From a virus (Duplodnaviria > Caudoviricetes), in the IMG/VR virus record IMGVR_UViG_3300023105_002895, positions 1-35,859 of that record: a stretch of DNA of 35,859 nt; one strand, given 5' to 3'. Every line of letters starts with the position of its first letter. The first letter of the stretch is position 1. Positions 17,905 to 25,604 of the stretch are shown in pieces. Made by a program: the position numbers and the translations under genes. The notes under the pieces were generated by a model. The model saw nothing but the letters and a program-made list of their open reading frames with translations, was not told the DNA's origin and searched no databases.

Positions 17905-18675
17905 GTGACCATGAATATAAAAGATATGAATAAAAAGCCTACTACAGATGAGTTAAAAAACAATCTTGTAGAAAGATTCAATATTAATGTAGATCTAGAT
18001 GAGTATTCTTTCAATCAACTAATAGAAATGAAAGACAAACTCCAAAGAAAAATTAATAGTCTTGTAGAAAATAATGATTACAACTATACACAAAAAAATG
18101 ATTATCAAAAAAATCGTTTGTTTTTAGAAATCATTGAAGCAGAACTTGATGCTCGTCGACCACTTATCGAAAGTGCTGAAGACAAAGCAGAAATTGTAAT
18201 TGCCGGCCGTGACATGGTGAGCAGAATTACCAAATGGATGGAAGAAACTGCACAAATGCAAAGTGAAAGCATGTTAGAATTAGCAGATGCTATCCGCAAT
18301 GAAATGGGTGCAGAAACTGCACAACAATACCAAGACTCAGTGAAGCCAGCTTTAGAAAGTCTATATGATAGTTTAGACGCTACTAGAACTGCTTTAACGG
18401 GCGGTGTTGGCATTCTTACTGGCGAAGGTGCACCAGTAGAGCCAATGGGGTCACCGGATATGGGTGCAGAAATCGAAGGTCCGGGTGCTGAAGACGAAAT
18501 GGCAGCAGGTGACGACTTCGGTGCTAGTGCAGCAGCAGCAGGTGGAGAAGAGCCAGCTGATCGTGCAAGACGTGAATCCGTTGATCTTTCACGTAGACTT
18601 GGCATGATAATGAGCGAGGGCTACAGTAAAAAGAAAAAGAAAAAAGCATACGCTAGCAAAAAAGACAAGATCTAA
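17905..18675 (+). CDS. Acidic helical protein, possible prohead core/scaffold-type
   Basis: TAAATA at 17881. Acidic, helical, with LxE sites, a Gly/Ala/Glu linker and a basic tail. Confidence 0.55.
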   Translation: MTMNIKDMNKKPTTDELKNNLVERFNINVDLDEYSFNQLIEMKDKLQRKINSLVENNDYNYTQKNDYQKNRLFLEIIEAELDARRPLIESAEDKAEIVIAGRDMVSRITKWMEETAQMQSESMLELADAIRNEMGAETAQQYQDSVKPALESLYDSLDATRTALTGGVGILTGEGAPVEPMGSPDMGAEIEGPGAEDEMAAGDDFGASAAAAGGEEPADRARRESVDLSRRLGMIMSEGYSKKKKKKAYASKKDKI

Positions 18676-19091
18676 TGAAAATAGCCGAACTTCTAAGAGA
18701 AGACGTGAATATGTTAGCGTTAGTCCTTAGAAACCTTGTGAATCCGGACCAACCAGTTGCACTCCATTTTGAGGAAAATTTTGAACCAGTAAAAGGTGCT
18801 CAAAACATTTGGATTGACAAGGTTATGCAAAATGTTGGTTTTGAGCACTTTACTTATGAGTCTTTTTTGAAACTAAAAGATGATCCTGAAATTTCGCAGT
18901 ATGTAGCAGATGTAAATCAAGATTATATTACTTTGAAAAGTGATAATGATTTAGACACATCTGCTGATAAAGCTACCGAGCCTGCTAAACCATTAGATAA
19001 TCAACAACCAGCAATTAGCAATAACGCTCAAGCTGGATTGTCAAATGACTTAACACCAAATACACCTAATTTAGATTCTCAAATTAGTTGA
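18675..19091 (+). CDS. Hypothetical protein
   Basis: TAATG-coupled. N-terminus MKIAELLRE. Confidence 0.7.
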   Translation: MKIAELLREDVNMLALVLRNLVNPDQPVALHFEENFEPVKGAQNIWIDKVMQNVGFEHFTYESFLKLKDDPEISQYVADVNQDYITLKSDNDLDTSADKATEPAKPLDNQQPAISNNAQAGLSNDLTPNTPNLDSQIS

Positions 19092-19116
19092 CATTTAACT
19101 TAACTTATTGTATATT
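19088..19116 (+). promoter_or_regulatory. Sigma70-type promoter for the nfuA-like/heme oxygenase/bilin reductase operon
   Basis: TTGACA-17-TATATT, 5 nt before the ATG at 19122. Confidence 0.7.
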
Positions 19117-19121
19117 AAATT

Positions 19122-19463
19122 ATGGATAAACGAACACACGACGAAATTGTCAGTGAAATTAAACTTCTTATTGATGAAAAAGTAAAGCCAGCAGTAGCCG
19201 GGCACGGCGGCAATATTGAGTTCTTAGAATTTAATAATGGAAATTTGCTTCTTGAACTAGGAGGAGCATGTAGTGGTTGCGCCGGTAGCACAATGACTTT
19301 AAAAATGGGCATAGAGAATATGCTTATGCATTATGTTCCTGAAATTAAAACTGTAGAAGCTCAAGATGATCCTATGAGCACAGTTGATCCATTTTATACA
19401 TCAATGGATTTTTACAATTGGGACGACGAAGATGACGCTGATACTAGTATAAATTCTGATTGA
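19122..19463 (+). CDS. NifU C-terminal/NfuA-like Fe-S cluster carrier
   Basis: VKPAVAGHGGNIEF...LGGACSGCAGSTMTLKMGIENML, with the CxxC motif. Confidence 0.92.
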   Translation: MDKRTHDEIVSEIKLLIDEKVKPAVAGHGGNIEFLEFNNGNLLLELGGACSGCAGSTMTLKMGIENMLMHYVPEIKTVEAQDDPMSTVDPFYTSMDFYNWDDEDDADTSINSD

Positions 19464-19470
19464 TTTAGCA

Positions 19471-20013
19471 ATGAATAATTTAAAAGAACTCACTAAAGAA
19501 CAACATAAAAAAGCAGAAAAATCCAAATTTGCAAAAAAACTTGTAACTGGTAATCTTACTGCATCTGAGTATGCCTGTTACCTATATAATATGTGGTTAG
19601 TATATGCTTGTTTAGAAACTAAGGCAACAGAACTTGGTGTATTAGATAGCATAGAAGATATATGCAGAACTCGGTTCATTTATTCAGATATGCTATCTAT
19701 AGGAAGCAAAAAAGAACTTAAATTAAAGTCTTCTATAGATTATATTGAATATATTAAAAGCATTAGCAGTCCTAAAAAAATACTAGCTCATTGCTATGTT
19801 CGGCATATGGGAGATTTATCAGGCGGGCAAATTATTGCAAAAAATCTAAAAGATAAATTTCCTGTTCGTTTTTATGAATTTGAGCAAGATGTTATAATCC
19901 TAAAAGATAAATTTAGAGAAAAACTTGACGATAGTATGGCACCTGAAGCTACGATAGCATTTGGTTTTGCAGCTGATATTTTACAGGAGATGGATCACAT
20001 TGATCTTACTTAA
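19471..20013 (+). CDS. hemO: Heme oxygenase (biliverdin-producing)
   Basis: LKELTKEQHKKAE (proximal His) and AHCYVRHMGDLSGGQ (distal helix). Confidence 0.92.
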   Translation: MNNLKELTKEQHKKAEKSKFAKKLVTGNLTASEYACYLYNMWLVYACLETKATELGVLDSIEDICRTRFIYSDMLSIGSKKELKLKSSIDYIEYIKSISSPKKILAHCYVRHMGDLSGGQIIAKNLKDKFPVRFYEFEQDVIILKDKFREKLDDSMAPEATIAFGFAADILQEMDHIDLT

Positions 20014-20581
20014 TAACCTAAAGAATGAACTGGTATCTCATTTTAACCCAAACGACTCTGTGCCTGTTCAAGATTTTGGTTTTGAGCATGGCAAGTTCGT
20101 TAACGAAAAATTTAGATGGGCACACTACGAATATTACACTACTGATAAGGTAGAAATTGTACATTTGGTTATTATGCCACATGCAAAATCAACTTCTCCG
20201 ATCTTTGGCTTTGATGTAATTAATATTAGTGGCATTCTTACCGGAATGTTTTTTGATCTTACTCCAGTTGATGAAAGAGTCTTTAAATTGCCAGTAATAG
20301 GCGATCCTCGGCCTAGACCTGAATGGAGTGGTTTTTTTAGTGAAAACTTTGTGTGTTGTAAGCCAAAAAATCTAAATGAAGTAATGACTGTTGTGCCTGT
20401 TTTGAAATCATATCTGCAAGGCTTACCTAATTTAAAAACTACAGACGTAAGCAACAAACATCAAGCTTATATTGACGGACAAAGGAAAAATCCTCAGACT
20501 CTAAAAATGTTGTCTGCACATATTGGCAAAGATAAAGCCGAAGATTATTTTTTCAATCATCTTTGGCCTGACATAAAATGA
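19961..20581 (+). CDS. Ferredoxin-dependent bilin reductase (PcyX/PcyA-type)
   Basis: FRWAHYE, VEIVHLVIMP...PIFGFDVI (His/Asp pair), DLTP, RPRPEW..FFS, HQAYIDGQRKNPQT. It directly follows the heme oxygenase. The true start may be the TTG at 20000. Confidence 0.85.
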   Translation: MVLQLIFYRRWITLILLNNLKNELVSHFNPNDSVPVQDFGFEHGKFVNEKFRWAHYEYYTTDKVEIVHLVIMPHAKSTSPIFGFDVINISGILTGMFFDLTPVDERVFKLPVIGDPRPRPEWSGFFSENFVCCKPKNLNEVMTVVPVLKSYLQGLPNLKTTDVSNKHQAYIDGQRKNPQTLKMLSAHIGKDKAEDYFFNHLWPDIK

Positions 20582-21258
20582 CCCTTATTAGAAATAAATT
20601 TGATTATAAACCTTTAGATAGAACCAGCGTTGACGGCAAACGCAAATACCTAACACCAGATGGTGGCGCTGTTGCAAGCGTAACAACTATCCTCGATGCT
20701 ACTAAAGATAAAACACATCTTATTGCTTGGCGTAAACGTGTAGGCGAAGCTAAAGCAAAAGAAATTACAACCGAAGCAGCAGGTGTAGGTACTCGAATGC
20801 ACAAGTACCTAGAGGATTATGTAGATACAGGCGAGTGGCCATCGGCAGGTTCTAATCCGTATGCAATACAAGCTCATAGTATGGCAGAACAAATTAAATT
20901 ACACGCTATGCAAGATGTAGACGAAATTTGGGGTTCAGAAGTACAACTTTATGTACCACAACTCTATGCAGGAACAACTGATCTTGTTGGCACATACAAA
21001 GGCCAGCCTTCTATAATGGATTTTAAGCAAACTAATCGACCTAAGAAAGTTGAATGGGTTGAAGACTATTTTTTGCAACTTACTGCTTATGCTATTGCAC
21101 ACAATGAAATATACGGCACTAACATCTGCGAAGGCCATGTGTTTATGTGTAGTCGTGATGGCGAATATCAGCAGTTTGATATTTGGCCAGATGAGTTTGC
21201 CGAATGGGAATCTGCTTGGTGGGATCGAGTCTATACTTTTTATGAAAAAATTGCTTAG
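20578..21258 (+). CDS. PD-(D/E)XK exonuclease
   Basis: SVTTIL, GTRMHKYLE, YAGTTDL, IMDFKQ, LQLTAYA. Confidence 0.88.
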   Translation: MTLIRNKFDYKPLDRTSVDGKRKYLTPDGGAVASVTTILDATKDKTHLIAWRKRVGEAKAKEITTEAAGVGTRMHKYLEDYVDTGEWPSAGSNPYAIQAHSMAEQIKLHAMQDVDEIWGSEVQLYVPQLYAGTTDLVGTYKGQPSIMDFKQTNRPKKVEWVEDYFLQLTAYAIAHNEIYGTNICEGHVFMCSRDGEYQQFDIWPDEFAEWESAWWDRVYTFYEKIA

Positions 21259-21734
21259 GCCATTTTTTCAACTGCTTGATCATAATCCTCTTTTAACACC
21301 ACGCCTTCGCGTAAAAGTTTTTCTCGATTAGCCATATGCTTCATTTGAATTTCTTCTTTGGAACCGCCAAAGTAAGCAACAGCATGACCTTCTGCAATTA
21401 AGATATCTGTAACTTTTTCTTTTACGCCTTCAGTATGTTCAACGTAAAAGTCACCTAAGATACGTCCAAACTTGCCTTTCATATCTTCGCCTTTTTTGTC
21501 TTCTGTTGTTATAAGTTTTGCTTTGCCTTCCATTAATTGTTTCAGTCTAGCTTTAGCAGCTTCGCCGAATAAATCTTCAACTTTATCACTTGTTCTAGAT
21601 TCCGGAGTGTCAATTCCCATGATTCTCACACGTTCATTTTTAAGTGTTACGCCAAAACCTAAATCTATGTCAACATCTACTGTATCCCCGTCCACTACTT
21701 TGAGAACGGTGACGTCATATTCATTTTGTTGCAT
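21255..21734 (-). CDS. Staphylococcal-nuclease-like (thermonuclease) protein
   Basis: VVDGDTVDVDIDLGF, RIMGIDTPESR, GKFGRILG. Start at 21734 after an AGGAG RBS. TAAATA at 21761-21766. Confidence 0.9.
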   Translation of the reverse strand: MQQNEYDVTVLKVVDGDTVDVDIDLGFGVTLKNERVRIMGIDTPESRTSDKVEDLFGEAAKARLKQLMEGKAKLITTEDKKGEDMKGKFGRILGDFYVEHTEGVKEKVTDILIAEGHAVAYFGGSKEEIQMKHMANREKLLREGVVLKEDYDQAVEKMA

Positions 21735-21829
21735 TGCCCTCTCCTTATAATGCCCTATCATATTTATGAAAAAATTAACCTTGTATAGTGTTAAAATATT
21801 ACAAAGGTTAAATACTTAGGAGAAAAATT

Positions 21830-22288
21830 ATGAGGGTTTTGATAGGGAGTTTGCTTTGCACAATTGTTGCAGCGCATGCACAAGCTGATCTAGTATGGGG
21901 TTTCAAAAGCCCAGCATTTCATTTTGGCAATGGATATAGTACACATGTGCTTAGTGCAGAGCAATTGAAGTTTAATGCGCAAGAAGATCTTAGAAAACAA
22001 GCCGAAGCAGAAGAAGCTAGATTAGAGCGTGAACTAGAAAATTCAGTATTAAATAAATTTATTAGAAATTTAGAATCAAGAATTTATGCAACGCTTAGTA
22101 AACAAATGGTAGATGCAATGTTTGCTGATTGTACAGATAATTGTGCTACTAGTGGTTCAGCAGAAATTGAAAACAACATTATTACATGGACTAAAGATAC
22201 ACTTACAGGTACTATAACTTTAGAAATAAATGGTCCTGACGGTACTACAGAAATTACTATACCAGGAGCGGGAGAATTTAATTTCTAA
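21830..22288 (+). CDS. csgF: CsgF-like curli assembly protein
   Basis: Signal peptide, then ADLVWGFKSPAF..GNG..VLSAEQ, FIRNLESRIYATLSKQ and a C-terminal GTTEITIP. Sits immediately before csgG. Confidence 0.7.
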   Translation: MRVLIGSLLCTIVAAHAQADLVWGFKSPAFHFGNGYSTHVLSAEQLKFNAQEDLRKQAEAEEARLERELENSVLNKFIRNLESRIYATLSKQMVDAMFADCTDNCATSGSAEIENNIITWTKDTLTGTITLEINGPDGTTEITIPGAGEFNF

Positions 22289-23109
22289 TGATAAAAAAAT
22301 TATTAATAAGTTTATCCTTTTTAGTTTTAGCTAGTTGCACAAGTTATGATATGATGCAAGATGTAAAAGAGTCAGTTGGTCCTCCGCAAGTACAAGGTCA
22401 CCAAATTCATCTTGACGCAATACCTCCTATCGATGGTCCAAAAATTGCAATTGGTGTGTACAGTTTTTTAGACAAAACTGGACAAAGAAAGCCTAGTGAC
22501 AAACTTGCCAATCTTAGTTCAGCAGTGACTCAAGGTGCAGAAGTTTGGGTAATACAAGCTTTACAGGAAGTAGGGAATGGAAGTTGGTTTGACGTGGTCG
22601 AGCGTATAGGCATGGATAATTTAATTAAAGAACGACAACTAATAAGAAATACTAGAGAAGTATACGACCGATCTAGCCCAAACGGGCCAGAACCATTAGA
22701 TCCATTAATGTTTGCTGGTCTTTTGTTAGAAGGCGGAATAGTCGGGTATGATAGTAACATAGCAACCGGGGGTATGGGCGCTCGCTATTTAGGACTTGGT
22801 CTACAGGACGAGTATAGGATGGATAGAGTTACTGTATCGATGCGTTTAGTAAGTGTACAAACCGGGAGAGTTCTAGTAAGTGTTGCAACAGAAAAAACAA
22901 TAGCAAGTTATAGAAGCGGTGGCGACATTTTTAAATTTCTAGATCTCGGTACACAGATTATAGAAAGCGAAGTAGGATGGTCTATAAATGAACCTGTCAA
23001 TTATGCAGTTAGAGCTGCAATTGAAGCGGGCATTGTAGAGCTTATACTTGCAGGGGAAGATAAAGGTCTTTGGAAATTTTCTGAAGAAATTTTAATTCAT
23101 AATCATTAA
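22288..23109 (+). CDS. csgG: CsgG curli secretion channel lipoprotein
   Basis: Lipobox LASC, VYSFLDKTGQRKP, SSAVTQGA, WFDVVER.GMDNLIKERQLIR, GGIVGYDSN, NEPVNYAVRAAIE. Confidence 0.92.
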   Translation: MIKKLLISLSFLVLASCTSYDMMQDVKESVGPPQVQGHQIHLDAIPPIDGPKIAIGVYSFLDKTGQRKPSDKLANLSSAVTQGAEVWVIQALQEVGNGSWFDVVERIGMDNLIKERQLIRNTREVYDRSSPNGPEPLDPLMFAGLLLEGGIVGYDSNIATGGMGARYLGLGLQDEYRMDRVTVSMRLVSVQTGRVLVSVATEKTIASYRSGGDIFKFLDLGTQIIESEVGWSINEPVNYAVRAAIEAGIVELILAGEDKGLWKFSEEILIHNH

Positions 23110-23122
23110 TAGGGAGATACAC

Positions 23123-23863
23123 ATGAAAGCTTTAATAATAGGAGGCTTAGCGTCTTTAGCGGCAATAACTGTTGCTTTTGCAAATGAAATATATGTAAAT
23201 CAAGCAGGCGCCGGTCTTACGTTAACAATTACACAAACTGGTCAAGACAACGAGTTTGGTAATAGTACTACAGATGCAGTCTTAAATGGTACCGACACAA
23301 CTATTACACTCACACAAACTGGTGATTTTAATACTGTAGATGCAACAATCAAAGGTATAACTTTTACAGGTACTTGGTCATTTATCGGCGATAACAACAC
23401 TTTGGATTTACTGTGTAGTAGTGCTGCAACAGGCGAGTGTGATTCAGCTACTATGACTATATCTAACACAGGTGACGATACTGACTACGTAATATATGTA
23501 GGAGAAACCAGTTCAGCTGATAATGCAACAGTGTCGTTTACAGTAACTGGTGACGGCGATGCTGTGTATGCTGAAATCGACGGTGAAAGTGCTGCGGTTA
23601 CTGTCACAAGTGACAGTAGTGCATCGTTAAGCGCTACTAGCTCTAGCTTATTATCTCCAGTATCACTAAGCACAAGTGCAGGAGGTAATTTATATGCTAT
23701 TAATGTTGACGGTGACGGCGACATCGCAGGACATACTGTTAACATAGATGTAACAGGCGGTGGCAATTCAATCATCGTAACTCAAAGTGGCATATACGAC
23801 AATGATTTAGATCTAACTTTAGTTGGAGATGATGGCACAATTACAATTACACAAACTGATTAA
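23123..23863 (+). CDS. Secreted curlin-like beta-repeat protein 1
   Basis: Signal peptide. Repeated (I/L)TQTG..N and GD.N units, Thr/Gly/Asp/Ser-rich. Confidence 0.65.
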   Translation: MKALIIGGLASLAAITVAFANEIYVNQAGAGLTLTITQTGQDNEFGNSTTDAVLNGTDTTITLTQTGDFNTVDATIKGITFTGTWSFIGDNNTLDLLCSSAATGECDSATMTISNTGDDTDYVIYVGETSSADNATVSFTVTGDGDAVYAEIDGESAAVTVTSDSSASLSATSSSLLSPVSLSTSAGGNLYAINVDGDGDIAGHTVNIDVTGGGNSIIVTQSGIYDNDLDLTLVGDDGTITITQTD

Positions 23864-24974
23864 ACTATTTTGTTGTTTAGCTTTGGCTCCTTTAGCATTA
23901 GCAGATGCAGGCGAAATAGGAAAAATCAAAGGTAGTGGCGTACTAGAACGTGGCCGAGACGTAATAGACGGCACTACCGGTGTGACTGTTCAAAGCATGG
24001 ATACTGCTGTGACTGCTCGAGGGCAAATGCGTATTGATTTTATAGATGATACAAGAGTAGATATTACTGAACACAGTAGATTACTTATAGATGATTTTGT
24101 TTATGACCCTGACGCAGGAACAGGAGCATTAAGCTTAAAAGCAACATTAGGTACAGTCAGATATGCCAGTGGCCAAATAGCAAAAAATAATAGACAGCAG
24201 GTAAAAATTAGAACTCCTAGTGCTACTATCGGAGTTAGAGGTACAGACTTTATCATGGTAGTAGATGAAATAGGCGGAAGTATGATAACCTTATTGCCTA
24301 GCTGCGATGTAAGTGGTGATTGTTACACAGGTGAAATAACAGTAGAAACAGACGCAGGATTTGTAGTAATGAATCAAGCGTTTCAGACAACAATGGCCAG
24401 AATAAGTAGCCAAGCACCGTCTAAGCCTCTTATTCTTGATATAGACGAACGAATGATAAATCAGCTTATTATTTTACGTAAAAAATCTCCTTACGAAGAA
24501 ATTGAAGATGAAATTAGAGTTAGAACAAAAAATTTATTTGATTTTTTAGGATTTGATTTTCTTGAAGAATTTGATGACTTAGATGTAAATAATTTGAATA
24601 CTGACGATATTTGGCACACTCAATTAGATGAAACAGATTATACATTTGCCGATGTCATGTACGACATGCTAGATATGTTAAACAAAGCATTAGTAGATGC
24701 ATTACGTGACGAACTTGCTATTCAAAATGAAACTTTTTTTACACAACGGCCAACAGGTTTAGATATAAACACAGGAATTTATTATGAAGAGTTTTCTAAT
24801 TCATATTTTATTAGGCGAGAAGATAATTCAGCAAATAATGTTTTTCAGTTAACTTTAGATAAAAACACTAGCTATACTTTAGATTTAACACAGCAGGATT
24901 GGACTATTTATGGATATACGGTGGGCGTCGGTAATGATAGCTGTATCATTATTAATCAGCGGGAAGATTGGTAA
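23823..24974 (+). CDS. FecR-domain periplasmic protein
   Basis: Signal peptide. IDFIDDTRVDITEHSRLLID, GTVRYASG, IRTPSATIGVRGTDF. The start is probably 23829 or 23832. Confidence 0.8.
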   Translation: MEMMAQLQLHKLIKLFCCLALAPLALADAGEIGKIKGSGVLERGRDVIDGTTGVTVQSMDTAVTARGQMRIDFIDDTRVDITEHSRLLIDDFVYDPDAGTGALSLKATLGTVRYASGQIAKNNRQQVKIRTPSATIGVRGTDFIMVVDEIGGSMITLLPSCDVSGDCYTGEITVETDAGFVVMNQAFQTTMARISSQAPSKPLILDIDERMINQLIILRKKSPYEEIEDEIRVRTKNLFDFLGFDFLEEFDDLDVNNLNTDDIWHTQLDETDYTFADVMYDMLDMLNKALVDALRDELAIQNETFFTQRPTGLDINTGIYYEEFSNSYFIRREDNSANNVFQLTLDKNTSYTLDLTQQDWTIYGYTVGVGNDSCIIINQREDW

Positions 24975-25596
24975 TGCAAATGAAATTTATATTTCACAAA
25001 TTAGTGACGACTTAAGCTTAGAAATACAACAGCGTAGTCAAGATAATTATGTTTCTTTAACCGGCTCCGGAGACGTTAATGATATTATAATATACCAAGG
25101 TATACATGCAGATGGAACTATAGATGTTGACGAAACAGGTGGTCATGAAGCATATTGGACAGTGACCGGAGATAGTAATGATCTATTGAGCTCTCAAACA
25201 GATGAAAATAGAGCCGGCGGCGGCGGAGCCCCTCATCACTTAGCTAATATAATAAACGGCGACAATAACCTAGTCAATCATACGCAAAGGGGCAAAGCAG
25301 GGCACGATGGTTTCATTGAAATACAAGGAAATAACAACACTGTAGATTTATATCAACGGGGTAATGGCGGCCAGCAATGGGCTGACATAGTATTAAATGG
25401 AAATGGCCATGTAATTGACTCTAGTCAACGCGGTACTATGTCACACTCTCTAGCTGTTGATTTAACAAACGGCGGCGGCGCATATACATTTACAAGCACA
25501 CAAACTACAAATAATAATACTACATCTAAATCTTATAGCCTTACAGGAACTTGTACAAACTCATCTGGATGTGCAATAAATATATCACAAAACTAG
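24910..25596 (+). CDS. Secreted curlin-like beta-repeat protein 2
   Basis: Signal peptide, then NEIYISQ and repeated G.NN.V...QRG units. Confidence 0.65.
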   Translation: MDIRWASVMIAVSLLISGKIGNANEIYISQISDDLSLEIQQRSQDNYVSLTGSGDVNDIIIYQGIHADGTIDVDETGGHEAYWTVTGDSNDLLSSQTDENRAGGGGAPHHLANIINGDNNLVNHTQRGKAGHDGFIEIQGNNNTVDLYQRGNGGQQWADIVLNGNGHVIDSSQRGTMSHSLAVDLTNGGGAYTFTSTQTTNNNTTSKSYSLTGTCTNSSGCAINISQN

Positions 25597-25604
25597 GAAA
25601 ATTT

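Noticed and set aside
18626-18677. Programmed -1 frameshift at the A-rich end of 17905..18675
   Set aside because: The AAAAAAG runs are not phased as A-AAA-AAG, a TAG blocks the -1 frame at 18654, and the next gene has a normal TAATG-coupled start.
20578-21258. Exonuclease as Cas4 of a CRISPR system
   Set aside because: It lacks the four-Cys Fe-S cluster pattern, and no repeat-spacer array or other cas genes were seen.
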